From: Rhizaria sp. SCN 62-66
Taxonomy: Eukaryota
Direction: 5' to 3'
Assembly: GCA_001724265.1 (NCBI GenBank)
Contig: MEDY01000012.1
Coordinates: 186,001-249,426, forward strand
Length of the DNA: 63,426 nt
Part shown: positions 22,621-33,121 of the stretch, in pieces
Layout of the letters: each line of letters opens with the position of its first letter
Position numbering within the stretch: position 1 is the first letter of the stretch
The notes under the pieces: model-generated
Seen by the model: the letters and a program-made list of their open reading frames with translations, nothing else
Database searches by the model: none
What the model was told of the DNA's origin: nothing
Made by a program: the position numbers and the translations under genes

Positions 22621-23309
22621 ACGCAAGGTGACCAAACAACTTTCACACAATCATCGAAGCCGTAACTGGTGACGTGCGTGTTGCTACACGAAGACGTCGA
22701 ATAATGTTCGGCACTATGTGACGGGTTGACTACTCCGACGATATATCAATAAGATCAGATATGTGTATGTATATGAGCATGCATATTACATGATGCGCAT
22801 GGTGTATATGGAGGTATCATGCCATCACACGAATTTCATGTTCGGGGACTGGCAACACACGACATACATAACTATGGTGGTGCAGTGCAGGGAGACGGGG
22901 TAGGTCAGAGTGCTGAATCGTCTCCATGTCGTGTTTGGTGATCAGAAAACGAATATTAATATGTCCAGATTATATCCAGATACATATCTATGTATCAATG
23001 TGCAATTACAATGAGTTTGACAGTTTGTGGCAACTATTGAACATTCCTCACGGTGAGGTGAGAAAGCACGTTGTTTTGTAGGACTCTAGTAAATGCATTC
23101 AAATCTGACATGATTTATGACACACCGAACGTGCATTTTAAATTTGAACACGGTGCATATGTTTCTCTCACACGCTCTCGTTTGGTGTTCTATTTATTTT
23201 TGATAGATGGCTGAAAATAACCTATCTAAGAGCGATAAGGTAGTTGCCTACATTGAACCAACATCGCCCCGCACGAAAGGCATCATTTACCGCGGTTTTC
23301 AGATCATGA

Positions 23310-24845
23310 ATGAAGTCATTCAAGAATACCGCGTTGTGTGTCGGTGTTAACGTTGACACTGTCATCGACGTTGTATGCGAAGGCGAACGCACCGGTGGCA
23401 TCTTTCGCGAGCCTAGCTTCCCCGCCACTTCTGACTTTGACAAACGCCCTAACGTCAAGAAGCCGAGCGACAAGAAGGCGACCGCTAAGCAGTCCAGGGC
23501 TAACGAAGGCGAAAGAAACAGCTATTGGACGCCTGAACTTCGCGCCGAGTTTCTGACTATGCAGGGCATCGGCGTGACCCCTGAAGAGCAAGCGGCCGCA
23601 AGGGAGGCTGATCGTGTCCGGAAGGAGAAGGAGGAGGCGGAGCATCGGGCCAAAATGACGCCTGAGGAGCGCGCCGAGACTGACACACGGCAGGCAACGC
23701 GCGATGCACAACAGAAAGTTGTCGACGATGCTGTGCAAGTTGCGCTGCGGGCGCGCGCGCGTAATCTAGCGGCCGCAGCAGCCGCCCACAAGAGCGCTGA
23801 CACTCCAAGCACGAGCGGTCGGAGTCGCCGCAATAGCAGCACGAGCAGTAGCAGCAGCCTTGCCAACGCGACTGAGAGCGCTGCTGACGTGAAAGAGATC
23901 GACGACAACACGCATATCGACACCAACATCCGCGTGAGTCCGGGGGGCTTCCTCCAGATCGGCGACTACCCCTACGAAGGCGTATTGCTGCTCACCGACG
24001 TCGACCACCCGGCGGAGCTCTACGCGCCGCTTGTGACGCGCATTTGGTGGCCGGCGGACATGCCGATGCCCGAGATGCGCCCGCGCCCGCTTGTGGGCAG
24101 GGGGCTGCGGCTCTCATTTATGTTCGCAGTTTGCCGCCGCGGGCTCTTCTGCTTCAAGCTCAAGGACGGCGCCTTCAACGGCGACGACTTCCTCGAGTGG
24201 GCGTAGCAGTTCGAAGACGAGGCGCACACGGTCTTCCCCACGCTGCCTGAGGCGCCGACGCTGCTGCTGGACAACACGCGCATGTTCACCGCGGAGGCGG
24301 AGTGCGTGATTGAGTCCGGCGGCGCCCGTGTGCTGCGCACCGGCAAGTACACGGTACCCGCGCCGCCGACGCGCGGCCGCGGCGTCAATTTGGTTGCGAA
24401 CATCGAGAAGAAGCTTAAGAACAAAGGAGTCGTGTACCTCGACCGCGCCGCGCTCAAGACAGCGATGTGCGAGGCGTACGAGGAGGTCAAGGCCAACGCC
24501 GAGAAGGAGTTCGACTTCAGCGAGATCATCGACCACCAGTTGCGCGCGTGCCATGACGGCATCCAGAAGGACATGTTCTACCGGCCGATGACGGAGGCGA
24601 TGTCCACGCACGCCGTCGGAATCCGCAAGGGGTACATTCAGGTGTGGGTCGACATGAGCCTCGACGACAGCAGCGGTGACCGCGGCAGCGGCAGTGCGGG
24701 CCGTGGTCGCGGGCGCGGGCGCGGTCGTGGTCGCGGCCGTGGCAGCAGCCGCGGCGGGGCCGCGAGGGCGGGCGCTGGGTCGAGGCAGAAGCGTTCCAAG
24801 CCTGACTTCGATCTCGACAGCTATATCAGTGACGATGATGAATGA
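23310..24845 (+). CDS. Tc1/mariner-IS630 (DDE_3-like) transposase-derived protein with in-frame TAG at 24204-24206 and C-terminal RG repeats
   Basis: ORFs 23310-24206 and 24282-24845 share a frame and join through the TAG. RGLRLSFMFAVCRRG...GAFNGDDFLEWA*QF...LLLDNTRMF...GARVLR follows the DDE_3 pattern, but the PPYSPDLNPIE motif is degenerate. TGA stop. Confidence 0.65.
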
Positions 24846-25260
24846 GATTATGGCGATGGCTCTGAAGAGGAAGATCGGAAGACTCACAAGAAGATTGGCA
24901 AGATGGTGAGGTGAGTATACGTACTACGCGTGTTTTGTATTTTTGTCACAACAATGACAACCCTTGATTACCCGATAGAATGATAGATCCTGCAAATTGA
25001 TTAAGATCCTACAAATACTTCGGACTACAACTCACAATGACTTTTTCACAGTAATAAAGACCTAACTTATAAGTAAAGACACTAGTATGTTCTGAGTGTA
25101 TTCACAATAACACGTGTTGTTAATTTTCTTTGAATGTCGGCTGCTCACAATAATCATTAATGCATCCGTGTCGGAATCTAATTCTGTCAAATTCATTATC
25201 TATATAGTTTCGATGTACATATGTACGTTAGTTTTTCTGTGAACGTGACGCTGATACGTG

Positions 25261-27390
25261 TTATTTCTTATTGTTGCTCTTGACACCTCGGTTCGGGCTC
25301 GCTTGCCTCGCCGCCGCAGTGCCGCTGTTGTTGCTATTGCTCACAGTCACACGATTCACACGGGGAGTGCTAACAGTCACAACTACACCGGTCGCAGGCG
25401 CAGCATCACTGTCAGCAGAAACGTTCACTATCAAACCAGACTCAGACGCGGCGTTGCTCGCGCCTGCGTTCGTGTTCAAGCCCTTGAGTCCGGTGTCAAG
25501 ACCCCTGAGCAGGATCTCGGCCTCCTTCTCGCGCTCCAGCGTCTGCACGCGCGCGCTCGCCGCCGCGGCCTCCTTGCGCGCCGCCATCAGCTTTGCCGCG
25601 CCCTTCTCGACCTGCGTCTGCAGCACCGCCACGCGGTCCGCCAGCGCAAGCACGCGCTCACGATCGCGGCCCGCGCGCTCCTCCGCCGCGTCGTTAAGTT
25701 TAGCCGCGCGCGTGAGCTTTGCGCACTTGCTCTCGAGCGCGGCCTCGCGCTGCAGCGCCGCCGAAAGCTCTTGCTCCGCCAGCGCGCGAGAGAGGTGCAT
25801 CGCGACGGACATGCGCTCAGCAGCGGCCAGAACGCCCTGCAGCGAGTCGCGCTCAGTGGTGACAGCGGCGAGCGCGGAAGTTAGGCCGCCCAGCTCCGCC
25901 CGGGCCGAATCGAGCGCGGAGAGCGCGGACCGGCGCGATGCCGCCGCGGAGGCGGCTGCGGAGGACGAGGACGAGACGCGGGACAGGAGGAGCTGCTGCT
26001 GCAACGTCGCGTACGCGGATTGGTGGGAGAGAATGAGCGTCGCCTGCTGGGACGATAGCAACTGGAGCTGCTCAAGGCGCGCGAGCAAATCGCGGTGGTC
26101 GCGGCGGAGCGCGGTCAACGCAGCGACAGCGGCGGCTGCACTCAAATTAGCGTCACTCTCGCTGATCAACGCGGACGTTGAGTCAGCGGCGGATGTGATG
26201 GATCGAGGAAGTGTTCCATTAGCAGCACCGTTGTCAAAGACGACCAAAGCAGAGTCTGGCGTCGCGCTTGTGGCACTAAAGTTAAAGTTGTCAGCGTTAT
26301 TGTTCTTCATGTGACACGCACAAATGCAAGTCGTACTGTTACAAACAGGGCTGGCTGTAGCGTTCAGTTTCTGTTGCTGTTGCTGTCGCTGTTGCTGTTG
26401 CTGCTGTTGGGCCGGTGACGCAACAACCAGCGTCTGCAGCCGCGGTGTCGACGTCGCCGCAGCGGGATGCAGCGTCGCCGACGCGGCTTGACTTAAAAGC
26501 TCGACGCGGCGCGCCATGTCCCCCGAACTGAAGCCGCCGCCAAGAGCGCCCGCGCCGGCGCCTGTGTGCGCGGTCGGCGGGAAGCCGACGGGGGCGACGA
26601 GAGAGACGACGCTGCTGCTGGTGCTGTAGCTCGTATTCGCGTGCGCGGTATTGTTACGGTTAGCCTCGATGTGCGCGACCTGGGGCGACAAGTAGTGCGT
26701 TGGCGCCAGCTGGGCGGTGAAGCGAGACTGGTTCATCTGCAGCTGAGACTGTGAAGGCACGCGCGCGACACCGGCATGTCCGCCACTGCTTCTCGTGGTG
26801 CTGCTATAAGCCGGCGCCATGTTCCCCGGTGTATGCGCGAGAGAGTATGGCGCGAGCGGCCGCGCGTGTGGCGCTGCGATCGGCAGCATAGCAGCGTCCG
26901 CTTTGGGCGCACCAAGCGACACGTTGGCAAGCAGCGTGTGCGGGGACTGGCGCGACGCAGCAGCAGCAACAGCAGCAGCAGAGAGGGACTTGGTGTCAAC
27001 GCGCGACGGGGTCGACGTCGCGGCGGTGGCGGAGGACTCGCTGGCGCCGAACGTGCAGACGGGCTGCTGCGAGTAGATCGAGTGCGAGTGGTGCAGCACG
27101 GACGGCGGCGTAGGGGACAGGGCGCTCGACGGATGCAGCGACAGGGTGGCGCCAGAGACCGACTGTGTCGCTGAGCCTGGCAAAATCAGAGAACCGACAG
27201 CGGCGTTGCGCAAAGATGATGAAGCGGATGAAGCCAAGGCAGGGCCAGACCCAGAGCCAGAGCTAGTGGAGGAAGCTGCTGGAGCGCTGCCGTAGAGCGT
27301 GTGCCCAGAGCCTGCACTGCTGTGGAACGCTGGAGGGGAACGGGCCTCAAGCACCCGGCCCTCGGGCGTGAAAGGTACTTGCGTAGACAT
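25261..27390 (-). CDS. Hypothetical protein, S/A-rich disordered N-terminus and C-terminal coiled coil
   Basis: Long single ORF; first ATG at 27390 (MSTQVPF); heptad-like A/L/E/R-rich C-terminal part; TAA stop. Confidence 0.7.
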   Translation of the reverse strand: MSTQVPFTPEGRVLEARSPPAFHSSAGSGHTLYGSAPAASSTSSGSGSGPALASSASSSLRNAAVGSLILPGSATQSVSGATLSLHPSSALSPTPPSVLHHSHSIYSQQPVCTFGASESSATAATSTPSRVDTKSLSAAAVAAAASRQSPHTLLANVSLGAPKADAAMLPIAAPHARPLAPYSLAHTPGNMAPAYSSTTRSSGGHAGVARVPSQSQLQMNQSRFTAQLAPTHYLSPQVAHIEANRNNTAHANTSYSTSSSVVSLVAPVGFPPTAHTGAGAGALGGGFSSGDMARRVELLSQAASATLHPAAATSTPRLQTLVVASPAQQQQQQQRQQQQQKLNATASPVCNSTTCICACHMKNNNADNFNFSATSATPDSALVVFDNGAANGTLPRSITSAADSTSALISESDANLSAAAAVAALTALRRDHRDLLARLEQLQLLSSQQATLILSHQSAYATLQQQLLLSRVSSSSSAAASAAASRRSALSALDSARAELGGLTSALAAVTTERDSLQGVLAAAERMSVAMHLSRALAEQELSAALQREAALESKCAKLTRAAKLNDAAEERAGRDRERVLALADRVAVLQTQVEKGAAKLMAARKEAAAASARVQTLEREKEAEILLRGLDTGLKGLNTNAGASNAASESGLIVNVSADSDAAPATGVVVTVSTPRVNRVTVSNSNNSGTAAARQASPNRGVKSNNKK

Positions 27391-27890
27391 TATAGTGCCA
27401 GACGATAACAAAGAATGCGCGGACGCAGGCGCAGGAGGCGCTGAATGTGTCAGCAGTTCAGGATGAGTGACGAGTAACGGACTACGTCTGGCTCGAATGA
27501 AAGACAAATCTGTGGAAATGAATAATCAAATGTGCAAAATTATTAGTTGTTATTAGTATGTGTAAAGTGAGTTACATACGCGTCAACGGATACTGAGTGG
27601 CGAAACATGCAAACAAAATGGGAGTTCAGTCTGTAAGAGACGTTCACAGCCACATACCACTTGAAGACGCAATCGAGACGCACACGTGTTCGAGATCGCA
27701 TCAATGACAATATATTCTACAATAGCACCAACATCAAAACTCGTACAAGTATCATCACTCTAATTCAATGAAACACAAGTCATACTTCGCGTTGAATATT
27801 ATGCGGCAGAACAGCTGAGGGGCACTTCCAACAATGAAAGACCAATGAGATGGGAGATTGTGAAGTCTAACGCTACGAAGGATGTATTAT

Positions 27891-28436
27891 TTACTGAGCA
27901 CCGGCAGCAGCACGGGGAGGGCGGTCACCACGGGGGGGGCGGTCGCCGGCGGGGCGGTCACCACGGGGAGGGCGGTCGCCGGCGGGGCGGTCGCCGCGGG
28001 GGGGACGCTCGGTGTTAAAGGTGCCGTCGCGGGAGCCACGGTACGAGGCAGCACCAGCGGCACCACGGCCGCGGCGAGCACCGCCGAAGGCGCCAGCGCC
28101 CTCAGTGCGCTGAGCCTGCTGGGAGAAGGAAGCAGCCTCGGGGAGGGCCTTGGCGGGCTTCTTGAAGGTGTCGGGCATGATGTCAGCGGCAAGGTGGAGG
28201 TAGTTGCGGAGGTACTCAACGCCGGCATCGGTCAGGGTGATGTAAGCAGTCTGCCAGGCGAAGACACGGGTGGCGAGCTTCTTGGAGCAGAGGCTGCGGC
28301 AGAGCATCTTGACGTAGAGGTTGGGGGCGTCAATCTGGGGGTGCTTCTTGAGGGTGATGTCGGCGGGGATCGCGATGGCGCCCTTGGCGAAGACGTGCGA
28401 GAGGACACGGAGGCGGGAAGCCTTGTCGATGTACAT
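27891..28436 (-). CDS. RPS10: 40S ribosomal protein S10 (eS10) with repetitive GDRPPR/GDRPA tail
   Basis: MYIDKASRLRVLSHVF...HPQIDAPNLYVKMLCRSL...FAWQTAYITLTDAGVEYLRNYLHL; strong codon bias; TAA stop. Confidence 0.93.
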   Translation of the reverse strand: MYIDKASRLRVLSHVFAKGAIAIPADITLKKHPQIDAPNLYVKMLCRSLCSKKLATRVFAWQTAYITLTDAGVEYLRNYLHLAADIMPDTFKKPAKALPEAASFSQQAQRTEGAGAFGGARRGRGAAGAASYRGSRDGTFNTERPPRGDRPAGDRPPRGDRPAGDRPPRGDRPPRAAAGAQ

Positions 28437-28439
28437 TTT

Positions 28440-28835
28440 CTGGAGAGTATAAAACGGCGGGAATACAGCAAAAGGTAGCAATGAACAATATAAGCAAGGG
28501 TCAGGTGAGCAAATGGGCGATGCAGGTGGAGTGACGGAGACACCACAAGAACAGAAAAGTGGAGCTAGGACCATCAGTGGGCGTCCAAATGGGTGCGCAG
28601 CAATCTACTAAGGAAGACCGTGAACCCCCGGATCACGAAATAGTATTGTCAAAGCCAAGGTCCCCCGCGAAGAACGTAGCGGCAGGTCGCAAGCCGGCGC
28701 CAAGCAACGCTGGCTAACCAACCCAGGCTTGCTGGCTCCAGCGCCCTGACAGAGCACAAAACGTTCCGCCAAGAACAATTTCACGTAAATATGTGGTGGA
28801 TCACAAAGCAACAAACTCGTGATAGTTATACGTAC
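28440..28835 (-). other. Probable 5'-UTR intron of RPS10 (396 nt)
   Basis: Donor CAGG|GTACGT at 28835; acceptor CTCTCCAG|AAAATG immediately before the start codon. Confidence 0.55.
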
Positions 28836-29430
28836 CCTGGAAAGTGCAGGTTCGTGCGTTCAAAAGACTTCGAATAGCGCGGTCCGGTCGGTCGTCTCGT
28901 TGCCGCAATCGGTCGGCCGGGCAGGACCGTGCCTGATCTCGAAGTTAAGCCGAGCCAAATCATTTTTCGGCCCTTCGACCAGCCAGCAGCCAAGAAGCAA
29001 GATCGTCAGAGCAAGGAATGAAACAGATCGCTCCTGACCACAATGCGAACGTTGATATCGAAAATGTTGGCATTTGTCATTATTCGAATCAATTGAGGTG
29101 CCATTCATCTTTTCGGGATCCTCCCAAACAAACAAGATCAGTCTGCCGGTGTAGCTGAAAGCACGCCTCACACCAACGGATTGTCTCGCTGAACATTCCG
29201 CAGAACGCATCTACAACCCGGCGCTCTATCTACTTTGTTCTGTAAGCACACACTTCGTGGTAGGCTATGTCTGTTCGATGACTAGATGTTGTTTTTTTGT
29301 CGAACGACTCTGAGGCTGCGTTGGCTTCATCGATGAACTTTGCAACCCCTGGCATCCTCTCATCTTAACGCAACACTTCACCTCAAACCTCATCACACAC
29401 ACCGCTGTCCTCTCCTCGCTTCATAGACAG

Positions 29431-30543
29431 ATGGGTGCCCGTATGCGCGTCGGCGGTTTCCCCGAAACCGTCACCAAGGAGGCCCTCTCGGCCGAGTTCT
29501 CGAACCACGGCACCGTCGTCGACGTCTGGATCGCACGCAACCCCGGCGGCTTCGGCTTCATCGAGATGTCCACGCCCGAGGAGGCCGCCGACATCATCGA
29601 GCGCCTCAACAACACCGAGATGCTCGGTGGCACCGTCACCATCACGTCCGCACGCCCCCGCGGCGAGCGCGCGCCCCGCGGCGGCGACGGCGCTGCCGGC
29701 GGCGCAGGCCCCTCCGGCACTGGCGGCCCCGGCGACGTCAAGTGCTACAGTTGCCAGCAGTTGGGCCACATGTCGCGCAACTGCCCCAACAGCAGCAACC
29801 GCGGTGAGTGCTACAACTGCAATCAGCCCGGCCACATGGCGCGTGAGTGCCCGCAGCCGCGCAACAACGACCGCTCTGCGCACCGCAACAGCAGCTTCAA
29901 CCCCAGCTCTGGCGGCCGCGACCGCGAGCGCGACCGTGGCGGGTACGATTCGCGCCCGCGCTACGACGACCGTCCCCGCTACGACGACCGGCCGCGCTAT
30001 GACGACCGCCCCCGGTACGATGATCGCCCGCGCTACGACTCCCGGCCCCCCTACAACGGCGGCGGCTACGGCGGTGGCTACAACGATTCGCGCCCCCCCT
30101 ACAACGGCGGCGGCGGCGGCGGCGGCGGCGGCTACGGCGGCGGCTACGACAACCGCGCCCCCCCCAGCAGCTACGGCGGCGGCCAGGGCGGCTACAACGA
30201 CTCCCGCCCCCCCTACAACAGCGGCAGCAGCTACGACAGCCGCGGCCCCTCGTCCTACGGCGGCGGCGACCGTTACGGTGGCGGCGGCCGCAGCGGCGGC
30301 TACGACCGCGGTTATGACCGCGGCTATGACCGTGGCTACGACCGTGGGCACGGCCCGGACCAGGGCCGCCACCGCTCTCCGCCCCGCGGCGGCGTCGACG
30401 GGCCGGCCATCGGCGCGCCGGTCGGCGGCGACTACCCCACCGGCAGCACCAACAGCTACGGCGCTGACGCCGGCCACGGCGGCCCCGTCGGCGGCGACGT
30501 CTATGCACCGCGCGACGCGCCCGCGGGCGAGTATCAGGGCTAA
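29431..30543 (+). CDS. RRM plus two CCHC zinc-knuckle RNA-binding protein (SRSF7/RS2Z-like) with G/Y/R/D-rich tail
   Basis: RRM VDVWIARNPGGFGFIEM; knuckles CYSCQQLGHMSRNC and CYNCNQPGHMAREC; TAA stop. Confidence 0.88.
   Translation: MGARMRVGGFPETVTKEALSAEFSNHGTVVDVWIARNPGGFGFIEMSTPEEAADIIERLNNTEMLGGTVTITSARPRGERAPRGGDGAAGGAGPSGTGGPGDVKCYSCQQLGHMSRNCPNSSNRGECYNCNQPGHMARECPQPRNNDRSAHRNSSFNPSSGGRDRERDRGGYDSRPRYDDRPRYDDRPRYDDRPRYDDRPRYDSRPPYNGGGYGGGYNDSRPPYNGGGGGGGGGYGGGYDNRAPPSSYGGGQGGYNDSRPPYNSGSSYDSRGPSSYGGGDRYGGGGRSGGYDRGYDRGYDRGYDRGHGPDQGRHRSPPRGGVDGPAIGAPVGGDYPTGSTNSYGADAGHGGPVGGDVYAPRDAPAGEYQG
29944..30051 (+). repeat. Coding 18-nt tandem repeat, six units YD(D/S)RP(R/P)
   Basis: Read directly: YDSRPR (YDDRPR)x4 YDSRPP with synonymous variation. 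A further (YDRG)x4 lies at 30301-30348. Confidence 0.9.
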
Positions 30544-30981
30544 GGGGGTACTTGGTCTGAGTCAAGCTCACTTGATTGACCGGCGGCGCTTCATTTGAAC
30601 GACGACGAGTATATTAAATTGAACTTTGCGGAAACAAGATTGTGTGGAGGCAAAGTTGCCTATGAAAAGAAAGTAAAAATAGAGAAAGACGAATAATATC
30701 TAGAGTTGGAGCTTTTAGTTGTGATCATAATGTAAGCGCAGAGTTGCGGTAATAATGGAAGTGCCTGAGTATGTTCATTGTCAAAACGTTACCTAATCAT
30801 AACCATCAAGAATAAAAGTATACTATAGTTATGCAACATGTTTATAGTGACGACTGTTCAATTCAACACATTCGGCTCCAATGTATCATCAAAGATGTAT
30901 GAAATTGCTAAATAGCGTGATGCGATCCGATCCCTTCAGAAATCGTAAAACTGGTGGGGGCTGTCTACTGTTGACACAAGT

Positions 30982-32545
30982 TCACTTCATGTTCCATAGA
31001 CGGAGATATGTGTTCATTTGTGCCACTGCAACGGCATCTTGCACCTGGCTCTGGTGCCCCAGTCCCGGTCCTAGCTGTGGCTGCAGTTGTCCCTGGTGCG
31101 AGTCGTGCTGGAAGTGTGACGAGTAGTTGTTGGGCCTCTGCGTCACTGCGTCGATCTGGCCCGCGCCAGCGTCACCATCGTCGTCACTGTCGCCGTTATC
31201 CAAGTTCATGTTCATGTCGTCATCGTCGGCATTGCAGCCGCCGCCAGCACTATTCAGGTGGCACACAGCCGCTGCACCCGCAGCAGGCCCGCCCGCATAG
31301 CCCTGCTCACAGTCACCGTCCTGCTGATGCTGCACATGCTCACCCTGCAGTCCACAGGCGACGCTCATCGCGGTCTTCTCCCTCTCCAGGTCAAGCCTCT
31401 CGCGCTCCCTGCGCCGCTCCTCGATCGCGCGCTCCTGCTCCAGCACCGCAGCCGAGCGCGCGCGCCGCACCACCGCGCCCACGGTCCCCACGCGCGCCCG
31501 CGTCATCGCCGCCACGCCCGTCTGCGGCAGGCACTGCGGGTTCGCCGCGCCGCCCGTGGTGCCCGTCGCGGGGTTGTACCGCGGCGCCAAGATCGCGCGC
31601 ACCTGCGCGGCGGCCACGGCCGCAGCGGCGTCGGCGGCGGCTCCACGGGCACCCGTGCTCGCGCGCGCCAGCTCAAACAGCCGGTCAGACTGACCCCCGC
31701 CAGCGCCTTGGCAATCGTCGCCGTTGTCAGGGCTCGAGGTCACATCAGCTACGGGGTCGTAGCCGGCGTCACCGTTGCGCAGCCGCTCCGCGTCCTCGGC
31801 CGCCTGCTGAGCCAGGATGCGCGTCCGCAGTAGCGCCAAGTCACTCGCGCTGCGCCCGCCGGGTCCCGTGCCCGCGCCACCCGCCGTGCTGCTGCGGCTG
31901 CTAAGGCCGGCGCCGGCGGGGGGGATGCCGCGGGCGACCTTAGACGGGGACGCGTTGGGGCCCACCGACCAGAACGCGACGCCATGTTGCTGCGTACGCT
32001 TCATGCGGCGATGGCGCTCGTCAGCAAGGTGATCACGTAAGGACACCAGGCGGGCGGGCGTGGCGGTCGCATTCGTGGTGTCGCACATTTGCCCAACGCT
32101 GGCACTGGCAGAGTCATTTGCGTTCGTGGAGGACTCATCGTCAACCTTTGAGAAACAGAAGATGAAGAGATGCCTCGTGAGATATATTAGGTGCATGTTG
32201 ACACATGTGTAGCACATTCAGTGTAATATAGTGTTTAATGAAACATTTTCAAACCTTACCACACTGGAGAGCTCGAAATATACATTTATCAGGTCAATGC
32301 CTAAGTGTGTGTTGATGTACCTGGATGACGCCTGCAGCAATGTCTGCGAAGGTTTTGAGAAGTGGGTTGGTGGCATAGTCCTTGGGAAGACCAGTCATGA
32401 AGAGAGGGTGTGACAGCGCATCAGGTGTGATTGCAGCAGGCTCACGTGGAGTCAGGTGGCGTGTGAGGTCGTACCCGGGCTTGTACTTGTACTCGTCCGC
32501 AAAGACCGGCTTGTCACTGCCACCACTGGGATCTGAGTCGTTCAT
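30982..32545 (-). CDS. Hypothetical protein with TTC4/Cns1-like N-terminal motif; exons 32545-32321, 32145-30982
   Basis: HPLFMTGLPKDYATNPLLKTFADI in exon 1; phase-0 intron CAG|GTACAT...AAAG|GTT; ends AQMNTYLRLWNMK TGA. Confidence 0.7.
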
Positions 32546-33069
32546 TTCTTGAAATATTATTGAGGTGGAGTCTTTGATATACGTCTGACTTTGTGTTCAG
32601 TAAGGGCCAACTGTTTGTGACGATGGAATAAAGAGAACGGGGTAATAATAGATCGCGCTTTTGTTCTCTGTCCCTAGCCGTTAGCGTTTCACTTCGCACC
32701 GCATTTTCGCAAAGTCAGCCAGCTGCACGCAAGATATCTCCCGATCAAATCAAGATGAGTATTTGTTAACACCATGTTCGTTAACTATCCGCAACATAAG
32801 CTGCCTTGGACTGAGGGCTTCATAATGTGTTGCATTCATCGAGACTTGTCAAGCTACAAGTGTTACAGAGCGGTGAGGTTTGTATTTAAAGAATAAAACA
32901 CACGCATGTCCACTCATTATCATCATCATCAATATAACATTAACCACCATCATCTTATCATCACCAATACCACCACAACTTCTTCATCATCATATAATAA
33001 AATACCCTTCCTCTCAGCAGCTCAACAAAAGCAAAACGACATCTCCTCGCTTCCCGCAGTCTTGCGCTT

Positions 33070-33121
33070 GTGCTTGATCACTCACTTACTCGGTCGTGCT
33101 TGATCACTCACTTACTCGGTC
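33070..33121. repeat. Perfect 26-nt tandem duplication overlapping the MCCC1 stop codon
   Basis: gtgcttgatcactcacttactcggtc at 33070-33095 and 33096-33121. Confidence 0.9.

Noticed and set aside
9158-24206. Pyrrolysine, selenocysteine or programmed readthrough as the explanation for the TAGs
   Set aside because: Pyrrolysine is not known in eukaryotes and selenocysteine uses UGA. The sites are non-catalytic and lack a common readthrough context, and the lack of terminal TAG fits general reassignment better.
29944-30348. Short periodic repeats resembling a CRISPR array
   Set aside because: In-frame coding repeats with synonymous variation, no unique spacers, no cas genes, eukaryotic context.
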